Shown: positions 8,500 through 16,555 of the stretch, one piece after another
How the letters are laid out: each line of letters opens with the position of its first letter
Numbering within the stretch: position 1 is the first letter of the stretch
NCBI GenBank assembly: GCA_040754655.1
Contig: JBFMCE010000085.1
Span: 1-16,638, forward strand
From: Bdellovibrionota bacterium
GTDB lineage: Bacteria; Bdellovibrionota; UBA1018; UBA923
Reading direction: 5' to 3'
DNA length: 16,638 nt
The notes under the pieces: generated by a model
Database searches by the model: none
The model's input: only the letters and a program-made list of their open reading frames with translations
Told to the model about the DNA's origin: nothing
Made by a program: the position numbers and the translations under genes

Positions 8500-9153
8500 T
8501 TAAAGAAGGTCGCGTTCACACGCGCCGAGGTGCGATGCCTTACCGGTTTTGACCACCCTTACGCCTTCAAGAGCATTTAAGATCGCCCAAGGATCCAAGA
8601 CCAAACGGTAGTTCAATTGATGGGCTTTCCCACCTATAGACAAATCAGCCCTCGAATCATAACCAAGCGAGATCCCTTGTTCGAAAATGCCTTTGTAACG
8701 AATTGAATTGAGTGCTTGATTGAGTTCTTGAGGCAAATCAAAAACAAGCTTGGTTTGATCTCCCCCTACGGAACTCAGCGAAGCGTAGGTACGATTTTTG
8801 ACTTCTGGATAGCGACCAATCCACTCGATAAGCTCGTTGGCCAAGTGGGGATCAGCGAGCACAACTACGGTATAAAACTTCTTCAAAGACAAAAAACCGC
8901 TTCTACTTTTTACAACAAGGCCAGTGGGCAATCCTTTTCCAGTTTCTTTTAGAAGCTTTTCAAAAACATTTGAAACCAGCGTACTTTCTTCCAAATAACT
9001 CACCTTGGACGGATTGGCTAACTTCAGCTCTAATAGGACGGGCTCATTTTTGGCTCGATCTTCTGCTTCTTTGGGATCGCCGCTGTAGGCGCTAAATGAA
9101 GCGACCATCCCAAGTGAAGCTAAGACTAAAAGGAAGTACCCTTGTAGACTCAT
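8500..9153 (-). CDS. Hypothetical exported protein (217 aa)
   Basis: Long ORF filling the dksA-lon gap, with an N-terminal hydrophobic signal-like segment (YFLLVLASLGMVASFSAYS). ATG 9153 is preferred because ATG 9165 overlaps the -10 box. No recognisable domain. Confidence 0.75.
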   Translation of the reverse strand: MSLQGYFLLVLASLGMVASFSAYSGDPKEAEDRAKNEPVLLELKLANPSKVSYLEESTLVSNVFEKLLKETGKGLPTGLVVKSRSGFLSLKKFYTVVVLADPHLANELIEWIGRYPEVKNRTYASLSSVGGDQTKLVFDLPQELNQALNSIRYKGIFEQGISLGYDSRADLSIGGKAHQLNYRLVLDPWAILNALEGVRVVKTGKASHLGACERDLL

Positions 9154-9163
9154 AGCGCAATGC

Positions 9164-9190
9164 ATTATAATTTATGCCCAATTCTGTCAA
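9164..9190 (-). promoter_or_regulatory. Consensus sigma70 promoter of the orphan exported gene
   Basis: Minus strand reads TTGACA (9190-9185), 15 nt, TATAAT (9169-9164). Both hexamers are perfect but the spacer is short. Confidence 0.6.
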
Positions 9191-9373
9191 CTTTAGGAAC
9201 TTTCTTCCTACTCTTATTGCATAAAAGTCACCAACTTACGCGCTTTCAATAGGTTCGCAATCCCTTCCTAAAGGTTTGAGTTGCACAGACCGATTCGTCT
9301 CACAAGAGCTCAAGCAAGTGGTTTGAGTGGGAAAACAAGCATCAGGGAAGATTGCAGACGAGGAGACCACAGA

Positions 9374-11803
9374 ATGGTGACCAACTACGACGGCGAACAG
9401 ATTGAAATTCCAGCTACCTTACCAATGCTACCGGTGAGAGACATCGTTGTCTTTCCGTACATGATCATACCTTTATTCGTAGGACGCGACTCTTCAATAA
9501 AAGCAGTTGAAGAAAGCCTTTCGCGAAACGACCGGTTGATTTTGCTGGCAAGCCAAAAAGACATCTCTGACGAACACCCTAACCCGGACGGGATCTACCA
9601 GATCGGCACGGTCGCAATGATCATGCGGATGCGCAAGCTTCCCGACGGACGAATCAAGATCTTGACCCAAGGCCTTTGCAAAGCCCATATCGATGAATAT
9701 GTTCAAACCAACCCGTTCTTCGAAGCCAAGATCACCAAGCTTGAAGAAAAGAACATCGAGACTTCGGTCGAAACCGAGGCCCTCATGCGCACGGTTCGCG
9801 AACAACTCGAAAAAGTAATCAGCCTAGGCAAAATGCTGTCTCCTGACATCTTGATGGTTCTTGATGACATCACAGATCCAGGACGTTTGGCGGATCTTGT
9901 CGCGTCAAACCTTGGCCTTAAAGTGGCTGAAGCGCAGATCATTCTTGAAACCACGAGTTCAGTTGAAAGACTCAAGAAGATCAATGACATCCTTCAAAAG
10001 GAACTGGAAGTCTTAGCGATCCAGGCGAAAATCCGCTCGCAAGCAAAAGACGAAATGACCAAAACGCAGAAAGAATACTTTTTGCGCGAACAAATCAGGG
10101 CAATAAAGTCAGAGCTTGGCGACAATGACAACAAAGGCGAAGAGATCCAGGAGTTGAAGGATAAAGTCGCCGCATGCAAGATGCCGCCTGAAGTTGAACA
10201 AGAGGCATTGAAGCAACTCTCCCGGCTCGAACGCATGCATCCTGATGCGTCTGAGGCCTCGATGCTTCGCACTTATATCGATTGGCTGGTCGACATGCCT
10301 TGGTCGAAATCAACCAAGGACAATCTCGACATCATGAGAGCCAAACAAATCTTGGACGAAGACCACTACAATTTGACCAAGATCAAAGAACGCATCCTCG
10401 AATACCTGGCCGTGAGAAAACTCAAGGACAAGATGAAAGGCCCGATTCTTTGCTTCGCAGGACCTCCTGGCGTGGGCAAGACGAGCTTGGGCCGTTCGAT
10501 CGCCAGGGCGCTTGGCCGCGAGTTCATCCGAATCAGCCTAGGCGGGGTGAAAGACGAGGCAGAGATCCGCGGACACCGCAGAACTTATGTCGGAGCCCTT
10601 CCCGGCCGCGTGATCCAAGGCCTGAAGCAGGCTGGCACGAACAACCCAGTCTTCGTTCTTGATGAGATCGACAAGTTGGGCAGCGATTTCAGGGGCGACC
10701 CGTCGGCAGCTTTGCTTGAAGTTCTCGATCCTGAGCAGAACTTCGCGTTCCGCGACCATTATCTGAACGTCTCATTCGACCTTTCGCATGTGATGTTCCT
10801 GGCCACTGCGAACATGCTCGATACGATTCCAAGCGCGCTTAGAGACCGCATGGAGATCATTCAACTTCCGGGCTACACGGAAGAAGAAAAGGTTCGCATC
10901 GCCCAGAACTATCTGATCAAAAAACAGATCTTTGAAAACGGCATCAACGACAAACACATCGAGTTCACAGAAGAAGGCGTCAAATCGGTGATCTCCGGCT
11001 ATACGCGTGAAGCAGGGCTTCGCAACCTCGAAAGAAACATCGCCACGATCTGCAGAAAGACCGCAAAACGCGTGGCCGAAGGCAACGAAGAACGAGTTTG
11101 CGTGAATAAAGAGATTGTCGCGAAATTCTTGGGCCCAGCCCAATTCGTTCGTGAAGACGAACAAGAAAAAGACGAAGTTGGCGTGACCACCGGACTTGCC
11201 TGGACCCAATTCGGCGGAGAGATCCTGTACATCGAGACCACGACGATGAAGGGCAAAGGCAGCATCACGCTCACCGGTCAGATGGGCGACGTCATGAAAG
11301 AATCAGCCCAAGCGGCAATGGGCTTCATCAGATCACGCGCACTAGAGTACGGGATTGATGAAGATGTTTTCGCCAAGACCGATTTGCATGTGCATATCCC
11401 TGCGGGAGCGATCCCCAAGGATGGGCCTTCAGCTGGAATCACGATGGCGACGGCGATCGTAAGTCGCCTCACCTGCGTGCCAGTAAGACGTGACATCGCG
11501 ATGACTGGCGAGATCACCCTTACGGGAAAAGTCCTCCCGATCGGAGGATTGAAGGAAAAAGCCTTGGCCGCGATGCGACATGGAATCAAAACGATCGTGA
11601 TCCCTGAGAAGAACAAGAAAGACCTCGAGGACATCCCTGAAGAATACCGTCAAAAACTGACGTTTATTCCGGTCAAAACCTTCGACGACGTTCTAGCGGT
11701 CGCTTTGGCTTCTTCGGACGCGGTAGTGGGCCGGAAAAAGAAGAACAAAGGCCCCACGCCCGTGAAACTCAGGAAATCAGGAGCCGTGGACCGGGCCGCA
11801 TAA
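9374..11803 (+). CDS. lon: ATP-dependent protease La (LonA)
   Basis: LON N-domain ([10 protein letters not shown]), Walker [19 protein letters not shown], Walker B VLDEIDK, catalytic PKDGPSAG and GGLKEK. SD AGGAG at 9361-9365 precedes ATG 9374. Confidence 0.99.
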   Translation: MVTNYDGEQIEIPATLPMLPVRDIVVFPYMIIPLFVGRDSSIKAVEESLSRNDRLILLASQKDISDEHPNPDGIYQIGTVAMIMRMRKLPDGRIKILTQGLCKAHIDEYVQTNPFFEAKITKLEEKNIETSVETEALMRTVREQLEKVISLGKMLSPDILMVLDDITDPGRLADLVASNLGLKVAEAQIILETTSSVERLKKINDILQKELEVLAIQAKIRSQAKDEMTKTQKEYFLREQIRAIKSELGDNDNKGEEIQELKDKVAACKMPPEVEQEALKQLSRLERMHPDASEASMLRTYIDWLVDMPWSKSTKDNLDIMRAKQILDEDHYNLTKIKERILEYLAVRKLKDKMKGPILCFAGPPGVGKTSLGRSIARALGREFIRISLGGVKDEAEIRGHRRTYVGALPGRVIQGLKQAGTNNPVFVLDEIDKLGSDFRGDPSAALLEVLDPEQNFAFRDHYLNVSFDLSHVMFLATANMLDTIPSALRDRMEIIQLPGYTEEEKVRIAQNYLIKKQIFENGINDKHIEFTEEGVKSVISGYTREAGLRNLERNIATICRKTAKRVAEGNEERVCVNKEIVAKFLGPAQFVREDEQEKDEVGVTTGLAWTQFGGEILYIETTTMKGKGSITLTGQMGDVMKESAQAAMGFIRSRALEYGIDEDVFAKTDLHVHIPAGAIPKDGPSAGITMATAIVSRLTCVPVRRDIAMTGEITLTGKVLPIGGLKEKALAAMRHGIKTIVIPEKNKKDLEDIPEEYRQKLTFIPVKTFDDVLAVALASSDAVVGRKKKNKGPTPVKLRKSGAVDRAA

Positions 11804-11847
11804 GAAGCTTGCGGCCCCGCGGATAAGAGTCGTAGATTGGTAGACTC

Positions 11848-12963
11848 ATGGGTCTCTATATAGGTACGAACTCTTTAGCCGTCATCGCGGTATTGCTGTG
11901 TATTTCGGCTTTTGCGTCTTCAAGCGAGACCGCATTCTTCTCATTGAACCGATTTCAGCTCAGGCGCATACGCGAACGTTTCAGGCCCTCATACGACCGC
12001 ATCCGCACGTTGCTCCGTTACCCCAGCAGGCTTCTGATCATGATCTTGCTGATGAACGAAGTCGTGAACATTTCGATTTCAACGCTGACGACCGAGTTTC
12101 TCCAAAAGAACCTCGCTACGATTTTCGACAATCCTTTCCTGAAGAGGTTTGAAAGCTCTGAGAACTTCCAATGGCTGTTCACTTCGCTCGTCTCTTTGTT
12201 TCTCACTTTGCCTCTCTTGCTGCTTTTCGGGGAAATCACCCCGAAGTACATCGCGGCGAAAATGAACAGACTTGTCGCCATGTTGAACTGCAGACCTTTG
12301 ATTGTCCTCTATAAGATCATTTACCCTGTTCTTTGGGTCTTCGATTTTTTGATCAGCACGACGCTACAACGCTTTAAGGCTGAAGGAAGAGATCATCTGA
12401 GCAAGGCGATGTCCGTGCTTTCCGAGGAAGACTTCATGGTTCTCATGGAACAAGGGCACAGAGAAGGCACCGTGCACCACGCCGAGAAGCGCTTGATCAA
12501 GAACGTATTTGAATTCGACGACAGCACGGTGGCCGACGTGATGACCCCGATCCATCAAGCCTTCAGCGTTTCCGCTTCAGCGAAGCTCTTCGACATCCTT
12601 CCAGAGATTCAATCACAGAAATACTCTCGCGTGCCCGTGCACCACAAGACAAGACGCAAGATCGCCGGCATTCTCTATATCAAAGACCTGCTTACGCTTC
12701 GAAACCATCCCAAGCTCGCCGAACTTGACGTCAAATCGCTCATGACACGCCCTATGTACGTCGGACCCAACGTCAGGCTTTCGGTGCTCTTTAGAAGGTT
12801 CAAAGAGACCAAGACTCACATGGCGGTCGTGATCAATCGTTCGATAGAACCCGATGCCGATGATGAAGAGTCTGATCATGATGCGATCGGCGTCGTAACG
12901 ATGGAAGATGTGCTTGAGAGCATCTTCGGCGAGATTTCCGACGAGAGGGATATCCAATCATGA
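11848..12963 (+). CDS. CNNM/DUF21 + CBS-pair protein (HlyC/CorC/CorB family Mg2+/Co2+ transporter-like), lacking the C-terminal CorC_HlyC domain
   Basis: SAFASSSETAFFSL, NEVVN, FGEITPK, YSRVPV, GILYIKDLL, THMAVV, GVVTMEDVLESIFGEISDE. The protein ends directly after the CBS pair. Confidence 0.93.
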   Translation: MGLYIGTNSLAVIAVLLCISAFASSSETAFFSLNRFQLRRIRERFRPSYDRIRTLLRYPSRLLIMILLMNEVVNISISTLTTEFLQKNLATIFDNPFLKRFESSENFQWLFTSLVSLFLTLPLLLLFGEITPKYIAAKMNRLVAMLNCRPLIVLYKIIYPVLWVFDFLISTTLQRFKAEGRDHLSKAMSVLSEEDFMVLMEQGHREGTVHHAEKRLIKNVFEFDDSTVADVMTPIHQAFSVSASAKLFDILPEIQSQKYSRVPVHHKTRRKIAGILYIKDLLTLRNHPKLAELDVKSLMTRPMYVGPNVRLSVLFRRFKETKTHMAVVINRSIEPDADDEESDHDAIGVVTMEDVLESIFGEISDERDIQS

Positions 12964-14216
12964 GCCTCTCATTGCTGGCGATGCTCATGCTCGGAGCGCT
13001 TTTGATCGAGGGCTTCTTCTCTGGCTCAGAGATGGCGCTTATTTCGGCTGACCGATTGAGCCTTCATAAACAAGCCCAGCTCGGCAACCGCGGCGCAAAG
13101 ATCGCCTTGAAACTATTGGCCAAGCCAGAGCACGTGCTTGCCACCACGCTCATAGGCACGAATCTCTGCATGGCCTTTCAAGCGACCGCGGTGACGATCT
13201 ATATTTATAAAAACCTCGGCCCAGACTACGAGATGTATTCGGTGCTCATCTTGTCTCCGCTCATCTTGATCTTCGGGGAAATCCTTCCTAAGACGGTTTA
13301 CCAGCGATATGCCGAGAGCCTCGCTCCTCGGGTCGCGCCACTCGTTGATTTCGCTAGAACGCTGCTTGCGCCAATCATTTGGCTGTTGAGCAAGTATACC
13401 GATTGGCTCTCGAAGAGGCTGCAGCCTCTGGAAGAAATGGTGACGGGCCGTCACCGAACCAGTCACCGCGAAGAGCTTCGCTACCTTCTCACCTACGGAC
13501 AAAAAGAAACTTCACTCAAAACCTCGGAAAGGCGGATGATCCGAAAAATCCTGGATTTCTCAAAAGCCGAGGTCAAAAGAGCGCTCATCCCCTTGGTAAA
13601 TGTCGACATGATCGAAGACACATTGAGCGTAGGCGAAGCCATCGAATCCTTCAATAAATACGGCCACTCTCGTTTGCCGGTTTACCACGAGAGAGTCGAC
13701 AACGTGGTCGGAGTCGTGCACTTGTTCGACTTGTTCGCGGAACAAAACTCGTCGAAGCCCGTAACAAAGATCATGCAGCCAGCCTTCTACGCTCCAGGCA
13801 GCCAACAACTTGAGAATTTGTTGTTCACCATGCAGAAAAGAGGAACCCAAATGTCGATCGTGGTCGATGAGTACGGCGGGGCCGTCGGGATCGTCACGCT
13901 CGAAGACATCTTGGAAGAGATTGTCGGCGACATCAAAGACGAGTACGACCAGGAAAGCACCCAATTCCGTTCGATTGGGCCCGAGGAGTACTTGATTCAA
14001 GGTCAGATGGAAGTCGCGGCTATCAACGAAACCTTGAAACTGGGGATCCCCAAAGGCGACTACGAAACGCTTGCCGGATTCCTTCTTCAACAATTCGACC
14101 GGATTCCAGAAGAGGGCGATGAATTGTATTACGGCGAGCTCAAGTTCGTGGTGCGGTCCGCCTCGAGCAAACAAATAAAAACCGTTGAAATAAGTCGCCT
14201 AAAACAGATCAATTAA
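12960..14216 (+). CDS. CNNM/DUF21 + CBS + CorC_HlyC domain protein (HlyC/CorC/CorB family)
   Basis: GFFSGSEMA, LIGTN, FGEILPK, HSRLPVY, VVDEYGGAVGIVTLEDILEEIVGDIKDEYD, YETLAGF. ATGA overlap with the preceding paralog. Confidence 0.95.
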   Translation: MSLSLLAMLMLGALLIEGFFSGSEMALISADRLSLHKQAQLGNRGAKIALKLLAKPEHVLATTLIGTNLCMAFQATAVTIYIYKNLGPDYEMYSVLILSPLILIFGEILPKTVYQRYAESLAPRVAPLVDFARTLLAPIIWLLSKYTDWLSKRLQPLEEMVTGRHRTSHREELRYLLTYGQKETSLKTSERRMIRKILDFSKAEVKRALIPLVNVDMIEDTLSVGEAIESFNKYGHSRLPVYHERVDNVVGVVHLFDLFAEQNSSKPVTKIMQPAFYAPGSQQLENLLFTMQKRGTQMSIVVDEYGGAVGIVTLEDILEEIVGDIKDEYDQESTQFRSIGPEEYLIQGQMEVAAINETLKLGIPKGDYETLAGFLLQQFDRIPEEGDELYYGELKFVVRSASSKQIKTVEISRLKQIN

Positions 14217-14228
14217 CACGCCTAGCCA

Positions 14229-14268
14229 GGACTTTTCCTCCAGTTCCCCCCTGCCTCAGGAAAAGCCC
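14229..14268. terminator. Inverted repeat / stem-loop after the lon-corC-corC unit, possible terminator
   Basis: CTTTTCCT (14232-14239) pairs with AGGAAAAG (14258-14265), extendable by GG/CC, with an inner CAG/CTG. No U-tract follows, so it is not a classical intrinsic terminator. Confidence 0.35.
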
Positions 14269-14301
14269 CTAGCCCCGCCCCTGACGGAAAGAGTTACCCG
14301 A

Positions 14302-14331
14302 TTGTAGTTTGCGCGCGCCTCCTGCTACACT
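14302..14331 (+). promoter_or_regulatory. Putative sigma70 promoter of the cheY-like operon (extended -10)
   Basis: TTGTAG (14302-14307), 18 nt, TACACT (14326-14331) preceded by TGn. SD AGGAGG at 14339-14344. Confidence 0.5.
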
Positions 14332-14356
14332 TGCTTGTAGGAGGCAAGAGAAGCCT

Positions 14357-14770
14357 GTGGCAAAAACAGCCCTAATCGTTGACGACATCGCATTCGCGAG
14401 GAAATTGATCAAAGACATCCTGACTGCCGCCAAATACACGGTGATCGCGGAAGCCGCGGATGGAGACGAGGCGGTGAAGCTTTTTGAGAAGTACAAACCG
14501 GACTTCGTGACCATGGACATCGTCATGCCACACAAGGGCGGCATCGAAGCCACCAGACAGATCCTCGACCGCAACAAAGACGCCCGCATCATCATTGTTT
14601 CAGCGATGGGCCATGAACAGATCCTCATGGATGCCATCAATGCCGGAGCCAGGGACTATTTATTGAAACCCTTTTCACCCGACGATTTGCTGAAAGCCGT
14701 CGAAAAGGTTTTGAAAGAAGAAGACCAAGAGCCAGGCGCGTCAAAAGGAGTACCTCATGGAGCACCTTAA
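14357..14770 (+). CDS. Single-domain response regulator, CheY-like
   Basis: LIVDD, phosphoacceptor VTMDIVMP, IVSAMG, LKPF. Resembles Bacillus/Thermotoga-type CheY. GTG start at 14357 follows AGGAGG. Confidence 0.93.
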   Translation: MAKTALIVDDIAFARKLIKDILTAAKYTVIAEAADGDEAVKLFEKYKPDFVTMDIVMPHKGGIEATRQILDRNKDARIIIVSAMGHEQILMDAINAGARDYLLKPFSPDDLLKAVEKVLKEEDQEPGASKGVPHGAP

Positions 14771-15209
14771 ACAGAACTTGTTCCCCAACCAATTCGACTT
14801 TTTCCACTTGGGGCGCATTGAATCTATTCGCACGAAATGGCAGCTGAAAAAACCGCCTTACAGCCCGTTCATAGTGCTCTTCCGGTTCAGCGGAGATGAA
14901 CTTGGCTATGGGCTGGTTGCGTTTGACCGGACGCCTGCAAACATCGATGAGGAGTCGATGGCGCTTGAGATCGCCAATATCCTCACGTCGAAGTTCGCCA
15001 CTCAACTGGCTGACGCGGCGAATGGGTCGGTGCAAATCTCGCCTCCCGAGGTTGTGAGAGAAAACGATCAAAAACACCGTTATTTGATGGGGCTGCTCAA
15101 TAGCTCTTCAGGCACGGAGATCGCTCAAAAGAACTACCGTTTTGTTCAGAAGAATCAAACTTTAAGATTGGCCATGGTGTACCTGCCCTCGCAGACAGGC
15201 CAAACGTAA
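14757..15209 (+). CDS. CheX/CheC-like phosphatase-family protein
   Basis: FSGDELGYGLVAF beta-hairpin, catalytic ExxN helix (SMALEIANIL), ISPPEVV. Overlaps the CheY-like gene and has SD AAGGAG. Confidence 0.7.
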   Translation: MEHLKQNLFPNQFDFFHLGRIESIRTKWQLKKPPYSPFIVLFRFSGDELGYGLVAFDRTPANIDEESMALEIANILTSKFATQLADAANGSVQISPPEVVRENDQKHRYLMGLLNSSSGTEIAQKNYRFVQKNQTLRLAMVYLPSQTGQT

Positions 15210-15235
15210 CGCATTTAAGGCAAGGAGCGCCCCCA

Positions 15236-15586
15236 ATGATCAAGCTCGCGTTTCAACTCTTCAAGATACTCGTCATTGCCATCGTAACCTTGCTCATCGG
15301 GCAAATCCCGGTAGGGCAAAAACGAATCAGCGATCATGTCTGGGATATGACCCGCTCGAAGTTCGTTCAAGTACCCATACATTGGATCTCGCAACGCTTT
15401 GATTTCAGTGATGGGAAAACGGGCCAGGGCAAGCTCGCCAAAAAGAACGGCCGCACCGAAGACCTGAACTCGCGCTCAAGACCTCCAGCCACGGCCGATT
15501 CAGAATATGGCGAGTCTGATCAAGGTCGGCTCAGCGGTTTGTTGAAACAACAACCCGAACCTGAAGACGACGATCAAGACGAATAA
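15236..15586 (+). CDS. Hypothetical membrane-anchored/exported protein with low-complexity charged tail
   Basis: SD AAGGAG, N-terminal hydrophobic helix (ILVIAIVTLLIG), acidic C-terminus. Co-oriented 26 nt after the CheX-like gene. Confidence 0.75.
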   Translation: MIKLAFQLFKILVIAIVTLLIGQIPVGQKRISDHVWDMTRSKFVQVPIHWISQRFDFSDGKTGQGKLAKKNGRTEDLNSRSRPPATADSEYGESDQGRLSGLLKQQPEPEDDDQDE

Positions 15587-15608
15587 GAAAGCTTATCTCA
15601 AGGGCAGA

Positions 15609-15824
15609 TCAGCCGCCTACATTCGTGCCAGTCGAAACAACGCCTCTTCTGCCGGAATTGCCGTGGGCTGCGGGCAATCGCCTATTATCACGGCCATCGC
15701 AATCAGCCTTACTCAGAAGCCTGGCATTATCACGGATCTCGCTATCTTCGGCCCAAGCGGTGCCCAACAACGCTGGGGTTACCACAAACAGACTCATCAA
15801 GAGCATCAATATTCGGATCTTCAT
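15609..15824 (-). CDS. Small secreted peptide B (71 aa, Sec signal, single Cys)
   Basis: Strong SD GAGGAG upstream of ATG. Signal MKIRILMLLMSLFVVTPALLGTAWA ends in AxA. A sigma54-type promoter lies upstream. Confidence 0.8.
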   Translation of the reverse strand: MKIRILMLLMSLFVVTPALLGTAWAEDSEIRDNARLLSKADCDGRDNRRLPAAHGNSGRRGVVSTGTNVGG

Positions 15825-15923
15825 CGCTTCTACTCCTCTTCAACATCAACTTTGAACAGCTTCAACTCTCACAGTCACATCAACAACTACTCCTGCCTTG
15901 GAGTGCTCTCTAGAGAACAGTAA

Positions 15924-15940
15924 AGCAAGGCCAGTGCCAG
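15924..15940 (-). promoter_or_regulatory. sigma54 (RpoN) -24/-12 promoter upstream of peptide B
   Basis: Minus strand CTGGCAC-TGGCC-TTGCT matches TGGCAC-N5-TTGCW with exact spacing. Confidence 0.8.
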
Positions 15941-16149
15941 ATCTGGGTCTTCAGGACACAGGCCAGGCTTCTCCACCGAGGTGTTGCAGTGACACGGCTT
16001 CCGTCAAAAAATTTTACAGCAGTTTTGGAAAGACAAGCGTGGGCATGTGAAGCAGAAAGTTTGCTTCGAGGATTCATGAAAAGTGCGTGGAAATGCACCG
16101 AAAATACTCCGATGCAAGAGATCACAAACTCAAACGATCTAAGATCGTC

Positions 16150-16356
16150 TTATCTCGCGGAACGGCTGGTCGTAGCGCGGCGCCGAAGGCTCTTGCCTTC
16201 TTTTCCGTCGTCCACGCCAAATTCCTTGTTTACGACGTTTGCAGACACCGTTTCGCAGTAGTCTTGCTCAGAGGCTTCATCGTCATCATCTGTCGCAAAA
16301 GCCTTGGGAACGGCAAGCACGCCTAAGATCAGCAGAACCATCATCATCAACTTCAT
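16150..16356 (-). CDS. Small secreted peptide A (68 aa, Sec signal, single Cys)
   Basis: SD GAGGAG 5 nt before ATG. Signal MKLMMMVLLILGVLAVPKAFA ends in AxA. A sigma54-type promoter lies upstream. Confidence 0.82.
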   Translation of the reverse strand: MKLMMMVLLILGVLAVPKAFATDDDDEASEQDYCETVSANVVNKEFGVDDGKEGKSLRRRATTSRSAR

Positions 16357-16398
16357 ACCTACTCCTCAAAAAACACTAGTTCTCTAGGAGCTATGTTT

Positions 16399-16414
16399 TG
16401 CAAGGCAAATGCCA
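16399..16414 (-). promoter_or_regulatory. sigma54 (RpoN) -24/-12 promoter upstream of peptide A
   Basis: Minus strand TGGCAT-TTGCC-TTGCA matches TGGCAY-N5-TTGCW with exact spacing. Confidence 0.8.
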
Positions 16415-16538
16415 CGGCACAACCTCGTAATTTTATTTATTTTTACCGATTTTCGCTTCAGAGAGAGGGTTTCCGCATTTTTTTCAGATGTAAAAAAGTT
16501 AGTCACTTAGAGGTTTAAAAACCAAAGGCGCCCCTAAA

Positions 16539-16555
16539 TTGACTTTACAAGTCAA
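16539..16555. promoter_or_regulatory. Perfect palindromic operator-like site
   Basis: TTGACTT-TAC-AAGTCAA in an AT-rich divergent intergenic region. Confidence 0.6.

Noticed and set aside
9191..9373. CIRCE/HrcA or other heat-shock operator before lon, and the extended lon start at 9281
   Set aside because: No TTAGCACTC-N9-GAGTGCTAA is present. The SD and the start of Lon homology point to ATG 9374.
15836..15890. CATCAAC/CTTCAAC short repeats as a CRISPR or tandem array
   Set aside because: Only 7-nt units, two copies each, irregular spacing and no cas genes.
15910..16326. ORFs 15910-16125 (-), 15989-16261 (+) and 16087-16326 (+) as further peptide genes
   Set aside because: No SD or signal peptide. 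They overlap the sigma54 promoter or lie antisense to peptide A.
15609..16356. Peptides as classical RiPP/bacteriocin precursors or lipoproteins
   Set aside because: No double-glycine leader (the GG of peptide B is at the extreme C-terminus), no modifying enzymes or ABC exporter in the window, and the Cys is not in a lipobox position.
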